Of a DNA stretch of 64,000 nucleotides, positions 1 through 14,081 are shown one piece after another. Position 1 is the stretch's first letter. Every line of letters begins with the position of its first letter. Source of the DNA: Eledone cirrhosa (Eukaryota); contig OZ024741.1 in assembly GCA_964016885.1 (NCBI GenBank), positions 267,220,001 to 267,284,000 of the forward strand, given 5' to 3'. A program made the translations under genes and the position numbers. The notes beneath the pieces were generated by a model that saw only the letters and a program-made list of their open reading frames with translations, was not told where the DNA came from and ran no database searches.

Positions 1-589
1 TCACAAGCAGGCTGTTCCATTGATCAAACAACTAGAACAGTTGTTGTCAGACCCAATAGAGGTCCTATACATAGTTAGTTCTTGTATGATGAAAATAGAT
101 TTTGGGGGCTTTTATCTTTTAATTCCAGAATCTGAAGAAGTCATTGCAACTGAGAGATATTAACTGTTCATTTAGAAATATATTATTTTATTTACTTATA
201 AACACAATGCATATAAGTTTTATTTACATAGCCTACACTAAGATGGTCGTGTAAGTGTCACAACAAAAAACACCCAGCACACACTGTAAATATGGTTGGC
301 GTTAGGAAGGGCATTCAGCCATATAAACCTAGCCAGAAACAGTCCTATATGAGCAAGACACGGTCACCTGACCAAATTTACCCTTAATGGGACAACTCGC
401 CAAACCCATGCTAGCATGGAAAATGGACGTTAAATGTTGATGATAAAACACAATTCATATAACGAATATGATTTATAAAAGCAATAAATTAACAGAAATT
501 AATCAGAGAAAAAAAGGAAAGAATAAAGAATTAAAAAAACAACTGAGAGGACGGATATGTGCACATTCAATTCCCTTTAAAAATTTGTT

Positions 590-845
590 GAGGTAAACCA
601 TGACATTTATGGCATTACTATGAGTGATAGGGGGACTAAGGTACTGGAATAGCCAAGCACCCTCATAAGTATCACCTGATACTTCAGTAAGACTGGGTGA
701 TAGCGAGACTAAGATACTTGAATAGCGAAACACCCTCATAAACATCACCTGATATTTCAGTAAGACAGGGTGATAGCGTGACTAAGGTGCTGAAATAGCC
801 AAGCACCCCCATGAGGATCACCTGATATTTCAGTAAGGCAAACCT
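590..845 (-). repeat. About 3 x 73-74 bp tandem repeat derived from the C-terminus of a CRE-like retrotransposon
   Basis: GTGATAG recurs at about 624, 697 and 771. The translation EVSGDTYEGAWLFQYLS...HSNAINV parallels EVTGD../GAWLFQRISLAITRGNAANV at 2950-3070. Confidence 0.6.
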
Positions 846-1326
846 TTCACGTATAATAATTTATTTCATCGTTCCAATCTAAGTTCTCTAAAGCTTCTAA
901 CAGTAAGGGTTGAGCTTGTATCTACAGCTGGAAAGTTCCTTTCGAGGGCGCAAGCCTAGAAATCATTAAAAAAAATGAATACCAGCTGTTGGGCTTGCCG
1001 CAAGTCTTCTCTTCCCCACGACACCCATGTTGTGCAATGGAAAAATAAAGCCGCTATAGCTTGGCACCAGTTCCTCGCAGGTGAATTGAAGCCCGTAAAC
1101 AGCTGCAACAATTAACGCAAGGTATTTTGTCTGTCCGACGCCCTAATTCCATCTCCCTAGACAGGTACTTTATTTTATCGACCTCCCAAGAATGAAGGCC
1201 AAAGTTGACCTTCGTAGAGTTTGAACCCAGAAAGTAAAAAACTGGAGCAAATATCCGACGCTCCAACGATTTTTATAACCTTCTGCCTATAATCTTTTAA
1301 AACTAATGTATAGCGACACACGCTTA

Positions 1327-1358
<32 letters not shown>

Positions 1359-1764
1359 AAGTTGAAAAGGATGGGGGTAAAGTTCCATAAAAATAAAAGA
1401 TTATAGGTAAACAGTGTACACAACGGATATTTTGTGTATATACATAAGAGTCGGACTAACATAGCAGCAAGAGTAACATTTGCTACTGGCGCAACATTTT
1501 CAAAGGACCCGCACTAAATACTTTATACTAAAGTACCACGCTGCCTTTAACCTTTAAGCTACATTTTAAAACAATTTGGGGTCTCTTTATATGTATATGC
1601 TATAGGTCCTGCATTAATCTAACCCGGCATTGAATACAGGTTTGTATTCGTGGCGAACGATGAGCACTGTTGAAATTTCGAAAACAATTAGAAAATATAT
1701 TTACAAAGAAAGAAGAGAAGGGAGACGAAGGTTTTATTTGGAAACATCTCAACAAATAACTTAC

Positions 1765-1917
1765 AACTGTTTGACATCTGTTTTCGAAATCACTCTTTTC
1801 TTTTCGAGGGGCGAGCAAAGGATGTTTACCATTGTTGTTATTTGTTGAACCTTCAGCTTTTCTTCGTGACTTGAGAGCTTTTATGGTCGCCTTGAACACG
1901 TTAGTGATATCCATCAT
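1765..1917 (-). CDS. STX18: Syntaxin-18, first coding exon (51 aa)
   Basis: MMDITNVFKATIKALKSRRK...KSDFENRCQTV resembles the syntaxin-18 N-terminus (DITLLFRASVKTVKTRNK...GDFSSRAREV). A GTAAGT donor follows in phase 0 at 1764-1759. Confidence 0.88.
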
Positions 1918-2939
1918 AGTTTTTTTCTTGGAGTTTTTTAGCTTCAGCTGTCATAACAGACAGTGTTAATAAAAAATCTAATTCGGATTTATAAAATGAA
2001 ACGAAAACACAAACTAAATCAGCAAACTTAAAAGAAAAAGAAAGACGCTACCTTTTGTTATATATTTTGTCAATGTAGTATTTTTGTAATTAAACAGATG
2101 TTATTGATTTATTATTTTTAGTTTTAATAAATTTCTCTGGTGAAACGTAGTTTTATTAATTTTAAAAGATCGTTATGCTGCATTTTGTTTCGTATCATTG
2201 TACCATGGTAGATTTTACATTAATTTATTATTAGTACGTTACAATATACACGTCTTTTTATTGACGTGGTTAGCATTATGTGGCTACCTTTTATGATCGC
2301 AACCTGATTGATTGGTACCTGATTGATTTGTTTATTTAAATTTCTAATGATTTATATAGTAAAAGGAAAGGAAAGGAAATATCATGGGACACCAAATAAT
2401 ATAATTGCTAGAATTTATTGCCGCTTAGGACAGCCTTTTGAGAGTTTTCTTTCATATTTTGTTTTTACTGTTTAGTGAGGGAAAGAAGATTAGTACTCAC
2501 GACACTTGTCAGAGTCTATGAGAATTGTGCGAGAGAGGATGACAGTTGTGCTCATACAGGGGAGCTGGATAAAATGTTTGCAACCGAGTGGAGTCAAGGA
2601 GTAACCAGGTGGTGGTGGTGTTAAACTGGGCGATGCATTAAGTCTACCACCCAAGTAGGCTACAGCGGGATTTGAACACGGAATGTAAAGAGCCGGAATA
2701 AATCCCTGAACATACACAGGTCATTACAGTTTCACACGCATACATAAATCACTACTCACGTTCCAATACACTAACATAATTAATTTTATTCACAATTGTA
2801 TAAATAATATTACAAATAAAAAATGAAAAAAAACACAAGCAGGTAATACATAGATCTTGGAGCCCATACAACAAAAGGTAAGCGAAAGGGGTGGACAAAC
2901 TACCCCGTTACCAGAGCATAAGATAACAATATTGCGAAG

Positions 2940-3250
2940 AACACTGGGAAACCTCTAATAATTGTTGAGGCAAGCCAGCACGTTCGCAGCGTTACCTCGA
3001 GTGATGGCGAGGCTGATACGCTGGAACAGCCAAGCGCCCTCACGACATCACCAGTTACCTCGATTACGCGAGCCGCCAGTGATGACAAGAACCTCGCAGT
3101 CAGCGGCCCGATCCCAACATCTCGAACGCGCCACAGGTTGGAGAAGGTATTAAACCGACAGATCTTGGTATTTCAGAATTTTGTTTCGTTCGGCCACGGA
3201 AGCAGTAGCTCTCGCCCTAACCGCAGCATCCAGGATGTGGAAAGAAGCAA
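2940..3250 (-). mobile_element. CRE-like (REL-endonuclease) non-LTR retrotransposon, 3' remnant
   Basis: Frameshifted GPLTARFLSSLAARVIEVTGD / GAWLFQRISLAITRGNAANVL matches the QRxSxAIQRGNA C-terminal motif. Confidence 0.65.
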
Positions 3251-3359
3251 AAGAGTCACTAACTACTCGTTTAACTACTTAAACTGACATATAAACACAC
3301 ACGCAAACATACAAATACAGCTTGGTCAACACACACAGTTAGATCGTTATATATAGAAA

Positions 3360-5027
3360 CTAGCAGTTTAGCGTTGCTCGGGTTTGTTCATTTGCTATGA
3401 AAAGTTACATACAGGTAAACGTGGCTTGAGAGCGAATAAGCTTATCAATTAAGTGCATAAAGCAGTTGAACCGGTTATTAAAAGTTACGAACCAATTAGC
3501 ATTTTGGACAATCAATGATGGCTTAATAATCTTCCAATAGCGAATTTAGCAGACCAAAGTTGCAAGATGGTGGCCCTGATGCCGCTGGGTGTCAGATCTG
3601 TCCGCCATGGGTGACCCTACCAGGAAATAGTTTTCCAGACGGCATAGCTCCAACACCTGCACCAACATCTATAGCACCTCTTTGTAGACGATATTGCGTG
3701 TCATCTCTTGAGGAGTGTGAGCAAAAAGTCCATTCCTGCTCCCTACGCGGGAACAGGGAACAAAGTTAGCCATGAGAGAAGCATGGCTCCCCCAAATGGA
3801 TGCCCGCCACCGACAATGTTTGCCCTTGCGACTTGTTAATGGACATGGCAAAACATGGTCTCACCGGGAATTGGGATCGCCGGAAATCGAACGGGATATC
3901 TGACGCCTATGGGAAAAGGTTCATCCTTGGCAGTGTATTCGGCAGAATTGCCAGAAGTACAACACTATGGGTGTTGTCATATTAATATTTAACTAATTAA
4001 AGTCGTAAAAAATAAATAATTTAAACATTCCGATTCATATGCCTATAGCATTAACCTGTTGTATGAAGTGTTATTTTGCGGGTTGTTATTTGCAATAAAC
4101 CGATTTAAAATGCCCCAGAAAAGCTGTATGTCAATACGGAACTCCAATGACTCCCTCAGCAGTTAAATTATAGACAGTGGGAATAATCTATTATAGAGAG
4201 AGGGAAGAGCGACGGAGAGAGTAAAGCTAAGAAACTATAGGGAGGTGTGTAAAACTGTTGTCATATAGAGAGTGAAGAGCGACAGAGAGAGAGTAAAGCA
4301 GTTAAATTATAGAGAGGAGGAATGATCTATTTTAGAGAGAGGGTAGAGCGACGGAGAGAGTAAAGCTAAGAAACTATAGGGAGGTATGTTAAACCTCAAA
4401 GCATGAAGAGAGTAAAGCAGTTAAATTATAGAGAGGGGGAAGAGCGACGGGGAGAGTAAAGCTAAGAAACGATAGGGAGGAGTGTTAAACCTAAAAGCAT
4501 TAAGAGAGTAAAGCAGTTAAATTATAGAGAGGGGGAATAATCTATTATAGAGAGAGGGGAGCTATGTTTATTGTTGTATAAATTGATGTGCTGCTTAGTT
4601 TTCAAAGTTTATGTCGCGTTGATAGGGTAGTAGAGAGAGGCATTAACCTTTTAAAGAGAGTTGCAGAGGGGAGTAGAGGGTGGGATGAACCTTTTAAAGA
4701 GAGTTGCAGGGGAGATTGAGAGGGGAGTAGAGGGAGGGATGAACCTTTTAAAGAGAGTTGCAACATGTATGTAGTTTCATAGATTGTTGAGGGTAGTAGA
4801 GAGAGGCATTAAGCGTGTAAGAGAGAGGGTTACAGCATGTATTTAGTTTTATCGATTTTTTTCATAGAAGCAGGACATTTTTGGCAAAGTTTATTACGCG
4901 TTGACCATCGTTGGTAAATTTGGAGCACATTGGAGAAAAAAAATCATCAAAATCGGTAGTGAAATGTGGAAATGCATAAAAATCATACACACACAGACAG
5001 ACATCTTCCGTTTTATATATAGAGAGA
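3360..5027 (-). mobile_element. Non-autonomous Helitron with internal minisatellites
   Basis: On the minus strand it starts A|TCTCTCTATATATAAAACGG and ends CCCGAGCAACGC...CTAG|T (5' TC, 3' CTAG, AT target). GA-rich tandem repeats at about 4155-4830. Confidence 0.65.
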
Positions 5028-6179
5028 TAAAGTACTTTTTTTATATCGTTTGATAGACACACATACATATATACACAGATCTAATCCACATATAGTGAAA
5101 GCCTAGTAGTTAGGGAGTTGGACTCACGATCATAATGTTGTGGGTTCGATTTCTGGAGCAGGCAGCATGTTGGGTTCTTGTACAAGACGTTTCATTTTAT
5201 GTTCCAGTTTATTGGAAAATCTGAATATCAGCAGCATCCACTGAAAGCTAACCCGTGCATCTAGTGCAGGAGGGAAGTCTTTTCATGATAGGATTGGAGC
5301 TAATATGAAAACATCCAAGAAACTTACTATGCAATTAAAACTACATTTGTATGAACTGTAACATGATAAAACTAAGACCTTTATGAATAAAACACTCTAA
5401 AAACATCCTATGAGGTACAGCCTCGGATGTAACTAGCTAACCCTACACAAGTGTGAGCTGTAACAAGTCATAAGACTGGGGCCCTGTCATCAAAACACCC
5501 AAGAAACCTATGATGTACAGCCTTGTATGAGGCCAGCTAAATCTACATGGTGTGAGATACAACACATTTTTTAGACACAAGGCCAGCATTTTGGGGGTGT
5601 GGTGGATTAGGGGACAGCTAATTATATTGATCCCAGTATTTGACTAGTATTTTTTTTATTTCATTGACCCTAGAAGGACGAAAGGCAAAGTAGACCAAAG
5701 TAAATAACCAGAAGAAATAACAAGGCATTTTGTCCGACGCTTTAACGATTCCGCCTACACATATACACACGTTTATAAATACACATATATACACATTTTA
5801 TACATACACTTTTTAACATATAAACAGTTTTACAAAAGGCACGTAAATATACAAGAGCTACAGCATGCCCCTATACACAGACACGCACAAACACACACTT
5901 ATACACCCAGCCACCCATATACATATTACTTGATAAATATATAAATATATAAATATATACATGCTTTTCATAGAAACACATACATAGCTTGATATGATTA
6001 CACACTCACAAACACACAATACATATTAGATGTACACACATGCACGTGTATGTAAGATCTACACTGACATTTAAACATAAAACTTCATAGACGAACACAT
6101 AATTACATAAATAATGAAAAAAGAGGAAGGGAGGGTCAGACATTACACATATGACTGGGTGGTGTATCTCGGCTGCGTT

Positions 6180-7020
6180 CTGCAGACAAAATGACTAAAG
6201 CATTGCTGAGGAGAACAGCCAACGGCACGCGTTGCATTATCAACTCCACGTCATTGGGCTTCTTCTTCATGCAGGATTCACTCCTCTCAATTTTTCCGCG
6301 ACTGGCAAAAAAAAGAAATCAACATTTAAATTCCGGTCTTTGAATATCTTCGGGTCTTCTGTGTTACTGGTGGCAGTGCCTGAATTTATGACCGATGTGA
6401 TAAGGGTGGAGGCGGAGAAAATGTCGCAACATGTGGTGTCTCAGGTGAGTAAGGTATACCCTTCGAATCGGAAAAAAGGATTATCGCGTCTGGGTGGTCT
6501 CCGTCATATGGTCAAAATCCACAGGCTCCAGTTGTGATGGGAAACCGGCCACATCAAGGCTTCTTCTGATGTCGTTGAAGTTGGTGTGCTGAGAAAACCG
6601 ACTCACACTGAGGCGACAAGAGAGTGGATGTAGTCCGAACTCGTTGACTATGGCTCCACAACAGCATTTGTGTAGTTCACACGTGGTAGCCAAGTGTGAG
6701 TGCACTCATCATTAAGAAGGGTACCGGTTGATGAAAAGGGTGCTCGAATTGCACCGCGTGTCGATGTTTGGCTGCCAGACAGAACAGAGGCAAGGGAGAA
6801 AGTATTGGTGAAAGGAAAACTCGATTTTCATCCAGGTTGAATTGCATTTGATATCGTCCCAGGTGTGTTGGCACCTTGCACACTGGGAGACAGTGAAGCC
6901 ATCATCAACCCAAACGCCCAGAGCTGACGAATTCCCAGATTACATTTGATCCCAAAGTTTTGCAGAGAACCTCGTTGATGAGGGTGCGACTTGGGATGAT
7001 GAATGACAGGCAGGCAGAGG
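6180..7020 (-). mobile_element. Degenerate CRE-like non-LTR retrotransposon fragment
   Basis: CCCGAIVNEFGLHPLSCRLSVSRFSQHTNFNDIRRSLDVAGFPSQLEP is a zinc knuckle/REL region; a degenerate QRV.LAV..SNA motif lies downstream. Confidence 0.65.
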
Positions 7021-7699
7021 TGTAACTAAAGAAAATAGCGCCTATGGAAAGCAGCGAAATTGCGCCCCACATCCAAAACAGCACTATTTTTACCTATGGG
7101 CATAATAACTTATGTAAATGGTTTAATGATCCAGCCCCCATAGTGTTCTCACTCATGATAATCAAAGACAGATCATACATCTGAAGAAGTTTCTTTCTTC
7201 ATTCTCCGACGATAGTTTATCTGGCTTTAATAGAAAGTGCTTCCAATCCAAGTGGGACCCATGGCACGTGCCGTGCTTGCCATACACTAGGTGCGTCTCT
7301 GCAGGTAAGCCAGAACAGTGCAAGGTCAGATGCTGCGTGGATACTGAGGCCACCGAGCTACACAGAGTTTTGACTTGTCAGCTGGCATCATCAAACTAAC
7401 ATTGAGATGGAATGGCTGCTGCAGTGGGTGTTGCTGGTTGTTCTCTGCGGTGCGGCAATGCATTCAATATCTTGTCTACAGGGTGCAGTTGAGATATGCT
7501 TCCTAGAGATGGTTGTAGATTCTGCCCGCTTCATTGTTACCCCTTTTTTTCATTATTTAATTTGTTTCCCTCTCATATTGCAAAACAAAATGGACAGATA
7601 TGAATACAAGAAAATACGTAAAAGAAATTACTCAGACTAATTATCTCACACACATTTAGGCGTGTAGTGGCCCACAAACAGGTTGTAAAGACCCCCTTC

Positions 7700-8014
7700 G
7701 GTCACAAATGACCATGGGATTTGTACCTAGAAAGTTCTCCTCCGAAGCACAAGTCCGGGCAAGGTTGTGTGTGGAAGACTAGCAGTCGCTCATGCATACC
7801 AGTCATCCCTCTGCATGTCACCGATGTTCTAGAAAGGAAAGGTAATAGCCAATACAGTTTGGCACCAGTGACGCCGCAACTCATTTCTACAGCTGAGTAA
7901 ACAGGAGCAACATGAAAACAAAGTGCCTTGCTCAAGGACACAATGAATCACCTGGGCTGAGAATCGAACTCACAACCTCATGATTGCAAGCCCATCGCTC
8001 TAACCACTTAGCCA
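7700..8014 (-). mobile_element. tRNA-derived CORE-like SINE
   Basis: A box TGGCTAAGTGGTTAGAGC, B box GAGTTCGATTC and TGTGTCCTTGAGCAAGGCACTT core. Related copies at about 5090-5210, 21355-21575, 27590-27885 and 29600-29840. Confidence 0.75.
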
Positions 8015-8022
8015 TACATACA

Positions 8023-8275
8023 CAGTAGCGTGCGGGGGAGGGGGGGGCTACGGTGTGTTGGCCCCGGGCATCATTTGGGGAAAAGAACTTAATATATTTG
8101 ATTGATTTATATTAAAATCGAATAAAGCATTTACTTCATGTTTCATCTGTGTTTATATATTCAAAATGTTTTCCTTTCTTATAATATTTCTCAGTATATT
8201 AGGCCTTATACTTGAATCTTTAGCGCATACAATTATTATTTGTCCCGGGCACCACCAGAGCGCTGCACGCCGCTG
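8023..8275. mobile_element. hAT-type MITE
   Basis: Imperfect TIRs CAGTAGCGTGC / GCACGCCGCTG with an 8-bp TSD TACATACA / TACATACC. Confidence 0.65.
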
Positions 8276-8299
8276 TACATACCTACACATTGAAAACGT

Positions 8300-8785
8300 G
8301 CTCTGTTGTGGAGATCAGCTGCCCACTTGATATCAACGTTGTAAGAAAAATACAAGAGAAGCAGGGCATCTACGGACCATTGATGAGTTTGTAGATCCAG
8401 TATCCAGATACACCTTCAGCTTCATATCCATCATTATTGGAGCTACAGGTTATATACCAACCCACTTGGACCAAAGTATAACTGAACTTGGATTTGTGGA
8501 CAAAGAATGCAGCTCCCTAATTGATAGACTAAAAATGATTGCGATAGCTGGCACCTTCAAAATTTGCAAAACATTCTTGCGATTCAAGGGATGACAATTT
8601 CTTTTCTTTTACAACCTTGCCGCCAGGAAGGTGGCCGGTCAAAAATCTACTCGAAATTAAGAGAAACACATTCATACAACTGGGCTTCGCAGAAACAGAA
8701 AGAACACGACTAGTTAGGAAATTACAAATTCAATCCACTAATGTAACAGTTAAAATATGTAAAACATTCCAAATATTCTGCATGT
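8300..8785 (+). mobile_element. Two 3' remnants of R4/Dong-like REL-endonuclease LINEs
   Basis: VVEISCPLDINV...IIIGATGYIP...IAGTFKICKTFL, then a second ...LQIQSTNVTVKICKTF. Confidence 0.55.
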
Positions 8786-10411
8786 ACACATGTACAGATA
8801 CAAAACATATGCACATGCACACATATAACTCAAATCTTACGCACCCACACATACAATAACATCCATACCTGTACACACGCACACATGCAGATATGCATAC
8901 ACATCTACCTAGTTGATGTTGTCTAAATCCCAACGAAAGAGTCTTGTGTCTATGTTAAAAACCGACTCTCTATTGGTAAAAAATTATAAAATTAAGAAAC
9001 CAAAAGAACATTCATACACAAATATATACATGAGGTTTCAGATACACAAATACAGCACCACAGTCATACAACACACATACAGCATCATGATAATGCATAC
9101 ATATACTCATACAGCATTATAGTTAGATATACACATACAGCATAGCACCCGACATATACAGCACTTTAGTCATGCACACACACATACAGCATCAGTCATA
9201 CACACAGACATACTGCACTCCAAACACTCCCCCTCTCTCTTGTCATTTCACGCTCTCCCATTTTTGCGATTTCCTCTTTCACTCGCAGTACCCCGTATAT
9301 ATATATATATATATCTTACTGTATTTCCTCTCTCTCTCTCGCTCACTATTCCCCCTCTCTATTACTATCTTGCTTTTCTCTCTCATACACTCACACATAT
9401 ACATTAAGTCACAAACATACCAACACATGAATCTTCATAATGTGCACGTACAATACATACACACTCACATTAAGCAGCAGAGACGCGTAAACACGAGATT
9501 TCAAAAACGTGCAAACGCACACATACATATAAACACGCACACACACGAGATAACCTATCTCGACACCGATACATATGTATATACATACACCTACATACTT
9601 ATACACACATGTGTGTGTGTAGATGGTAACATAGTTACGGCCAAGCCAAAACAGAAGGTGTGTTGTGTTGTTTGGTGCCAAAGAGGCTAAATTTCTCATC
9701 ATGCCGTTGATAATGTTGTACTGGTGTAGCCGTGTCACTTTACTTGTGCCTCCGTCTTTCAACTAAATTCAGAAACAAGTATTATGGTCTAACCAACAAC
9801 TTCTTTGGTTATTTTAATATCTCTCTCTCTATATATATATAAATGAAAATATAGAAATTAGTGTGAGCTAGAAGCCAACAGTATTTCATAATATATATGT
9901 GACTATATATATATATATTAAAACAACAGATTAAGTTTAAGCAAAGAATCGCTGCTTTCACCCTTAACGGGATCTTCTGAAACTCTTTGGATTTTGGTCT
10001 TCACATTTATTATTACTATTACTATATATATATATATAAATAAAAAGTATAGAAATTATTGTAGCAAGAAGCCAACAGTATTCCATAATATATAAGTGAC
10101 TATATATATATATATATATTATTCGTCCCTGCCAACAAATTACTTTTTGCATTTGAAATCTTTTCTAGTTCTACATAACAGATATATATATACAGAGCAG
10201 ATAATTTCTTATACAATACTTTTCCATATATATTTATTTATATACATATATATACTTATATAAATATATATTTATTTATATATATATATATATATAAACA
10301 TTATGATTATCCAATTTTTTATATAATCTCTGATGCTGATAAAACATATATTATTTATAATTTGTTGTTAGTTTTACCATTTCTGGTTTGTTTGGCTAAA
10401 AGACACAGAAA

Positions 10412-10576
10412 ATGGCGACTGGCGGTACCAGAATGTCTTATTCAAATAATTATTACCAACAGCAACCACAAAATGTTAAGTTTGCTACATTGCCTCATGG
10501 ATCGTCGGCCAAAGATGGGGATCTTACCTACGAAATGCACCATAAAATGTCTAAGAAAATCGCCCAGTTAACCAAG
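10412..10576 (+). CDS. FAM184A: FAM184A/B-like, first coding exon (55 aa)
   Basis: Ends in the family motif MHHKMSKKIAQLTK, followed by a GTAAGC donor. A candidate acceptor AG at 10370-10371 suggests an upstream non-coding exon. Confidence 0.9.
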
Positions 10577-11114
10577 GTAAGCCATGTTCGTTTTCTTCTC
10601 CAGCTGACCAAACTAAAACACAATCCGTCATTTCTAAAGTACCCCATGGGACAGATAAAACCCCTCACTACTAAAATACCCCAGGGGACAGACACTACTA
10701 AAATACCCCGGTGTTTGTATGTGTGTAGGGGGCTTATATACATACGACTCGCTACACCTGCTAGCTAGAAATAGTAGGCAAATCTTCCTCAAAGCATATA
10801 CCCTACCATTAAAAGACTGGCAACTAACGAGGAAGTCACAACGTGGTTTCTTAACTTGTCAGAAATAGCAGCTAAATATCCCTCAAATTACACCCTAAAG
10901 GCTACAGAAAAAAAAGGAAAGGGACGAAATGTGATTGTTAAACGTGACATGATGACTAAAAATAGCAACTAAATATTCTTCAAATCACATATCCAGCAGC
11001 AAAACTTTTCGCATTCGCAACAATCTTCGAAAATGATTTCTTTCATAGTACACTAAAGTTTGTTGGGGAAGCAATATATATGAATAATGCAAAAAAAATA
11101 ATAACGCGCGCGCG

Positions 11115-11224
<110 letters not shown>

Positions 11225-12658
11225 CTCTCGCCCTCTAATATGCTGATCCTGAGTAGAATCGAGGGTAAACGCAGTAAATAAGGTACTCAATACATAAGTA
11301 GAGTGAGAATAATGAGGATTTAATCTTTTAAAAAATGGCCTCTACAGGACTAGATCTGTTTCATTTGTATAAAATCATCAGGAACACGCGCACGTATTGA
11401 ATGGAATGTATGAAAAATGCTAGCAGCCAAAATAATTGTTTCTACTTTTGGCACAAGGCCAGCAATAACCTAGTACATTACTGGTACTTTATTTTATCGA
11501 CCCCGTAAGGATGAAAGGCAAAGTTAACCTCGGCGGGATTTGAATTCAGATCGTACCAAAATAATATTCGTAAAAATGGATAAGGTTTGACTATATATTA
11601 CAAAACACCGTTTAGGAATAAAGACGGACGAACGAAGAGGACAGCGAGCCTTTGCTTGACTTGCCAGAAATACCAGCTAAATCTCCCTGAAAAGAAAGGA
11701 GCCGATTGACAGATCGGACCTAAAAAAAAGGAGCAGATGAATGCGGGAACCTCAAAGCGATTGTTCGACCTAAGATAAACATTTAAATCGCCCTCAAATC
11801 ATACCCTACCACCTTAGAAATAGGGGGATGTGTGAACGGAAGAGAGAACCTCAACGTGTTTATTCGGCCTGCTAGAAATAACTGTTAAATCAGGGTTAGG
11901 GTTTGGTTTAGATTTAAGATTAGGTTTATAATTAAAATTTAATGTTTAGGGTTAGGAATGGATTAGAGCTTTTGGGTTAGGGTTTATGTTAAGGGATTTT
12001 ACGTAAACTGAAACAATGGATCAGTGGGTTGCCCTTTTTTGTCTAGCCTTTTAGCATTTACATTACTCTATATATACTATTATATTTTCATGGTAAAGGC
12101 TTTACCTCACATAATTATCTCACAATATCAAATCTATGAGATTTTGATATTTATTCTGAAAACAATACCTTAACATCAGTATGAGTGGCCGATTACAGTC
12201 AGTTTGATCAGAAAGAGGTGTGGGAATTCTGGCCGGATATGGCCGGTTTAACTGCTAAAGGGCTAGATGATGACGAGCGTTCCATGGGTCACCATTTTCA
12301 GGGCTGACCTGGGTGTACTGTCACACAACACACTGTACTACCACACACACTTATATAACATACTTTACACTCCAGTAGTTTAATCAATTTGTTATCATAT
12401 TTCTAACGAAATATACTGGCACGATTTTTCAAATAATTTTGTGAATAATTAAGAATTTGCAATGGGTTAGTAATATATAACTAACTCCCTTGTTATTAAG
12501 CTCGTGTTTGCTGCATGTCTTAGCAAAACTTCAAAAAAATGGACGGATTTTAGATATATATCACGCTTAAAAATATACAATTTTGTCTCCTAAAACCAGG
12601 TGCAGTTTCAAAGCTGTTGGTATGGGAGGAGTTAAGCTGATGTTTGGAACATAACATA

Positions 12659-14081
12659 CTGGGTTGCTCAGCTCTTTGAGGACATTTTCCTGAATTTAGT
12701 AAAAGACACACAAGTCATTAAAGAAGAACTTTATTTGAGAAAAGAATTAACATGAATAATCTTGAGACTCCATGATGCATCCACTCAATGAATCCATGTA
12801 AGCTTCAAGGGCTACATCAATTAGAAGTCTGAAACGTTGACTTGCCTGAATCAGATGATCTTTATCTATTTAGGATATTGTGTTAGTTATGGTGGACTTC
12901 AGAGATTTTATAACGTTGTGGGGTGGGGTTGATTGATTTTCATCTCGACTACACCCCACTATGTTGTAGTCCAATGGAATCAAGTCTGGAGAGCTATGAA
13001 GCCATATGTTTGAGGTGACATGATTGTGGAGATTGTAACTCATCTATTCTTGGTTTGTTTGACCTTGAGATGGTGCAGAGTCATATCGGTAGGTGTACAG
13101 TCTCCTTTTGCTCACACTCACTGTCCAAGGCCTCACAACCCTCACGAACAACTTATAGTCAGCAGTATTGACTCTTAAGCCCTGAAGAAAGAAGTGAGGA
13201 AGTATGACATCTCCCTTGTTGCCCATGAGTCCCAGAACCATCACAGTTGTTGGAAACTTTCTGTGTCTGACTGTTGGAAAGTCTTTAGGGTCTCTGCATA
13301 ACCATCTGTCATTCCTTTGGTTGATCTTTTGGTCCTGATCAAAGTTTTTCTCAAAGTATTCTTGACTCTTAATGTTTCAACTTGCTCAACAAGTGCTTTG
13401 CGCAGATCAGATAGTTATCTTTTGTCTTTGCAGACAAGAATTTACCTCTCTATGATTTGTATTAAAGGGCCTGATGCTCAATTCTTCTGATATTGTGTCT
13501 TGAAAGCTTGAGCTCCTTAGCAATGACATTAATTGACTTTCTGGGGTTATAAATTTTCTGCACCTTTCATATAAATTTGGCTGTTCTGTTGGTATTAGGA
13601 CCCTCAGCAGGCACTTTACATTTGGCTACTGCTGTTGTATCCCTGTCAACAGCTTCCAGCTCTTTTTGAACTTTGACAACAAATAACTGTGCAACTTTCA
13701 GGAAGTAAGCAATCTCTAAATTGCTATGCTCTGCTTTCAAGGCAATGATTACACCATGCTTTTTCATTTGCTGGATTAGCTTGTAGTCTGTCATCATTTA
13801 TTCAGAGCTGCGAACCTCTAAAAACTCAAACTGGAAGTACCATGAAAAAAAAGTGTCCCGAAATGGAGAGAAATGAGGTAAAATGGGGAGATTTTACGTA
13901 ATGAAAGCTTTACCCATTTTCACAAGAGAAGACATCTCTCACCCACTCTAAAGGCTATTGCAAATCTCCCTGTCGGACGGGGAGAGTTGACAGGTCTGTT
14001 TATTTGAAAAGAAATGATAACCAGAACAACTTCGAAAAAAAGAGCTATTAGTAAATGTGTCCTCAAAGAACTGCAACCCAG
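12659..14081 (-). mobile_element. Decayed Tc1/mariner (maT/DD37D-like) transposon
   Basis: TIRs CTGGGTTGC..AGCTCTTTGAGGACATTT / AAATGTGTCCTCAAAGAACTGCAACCCAG with TA TSD. Transposase remnants include an N-terminal HTH, YRYDSAPS and SSPDLIPLDY, with stops and frameshifts. Confidence 0.8.

Noticed and set aside
7940-8014. tRNA gene
   Set aside because: The A/B boxes run directly into a SINE core and no full cloverleaf is evident.
9945-9992. Hammerhead-like CAGAAGA-tCCCgttaaGGGt-GAAA on the minus strand between direct repeats
   Set aside because: The core has a substitution and stems I and III do not close cleanly; at best a decayed copy.
11345-11388. CTGATGA-ttttatacaaat-GAAACAGATCTAGTC on the minus strand
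   Set aside because: The core is present but stem I has no complement and stem II is weak, so it is not called.
11890-11995. TTAGGG-like repeats as an interstitial telomere
   Set aside because: Only a few degenerate units; more likely part of a dispersed repeat.
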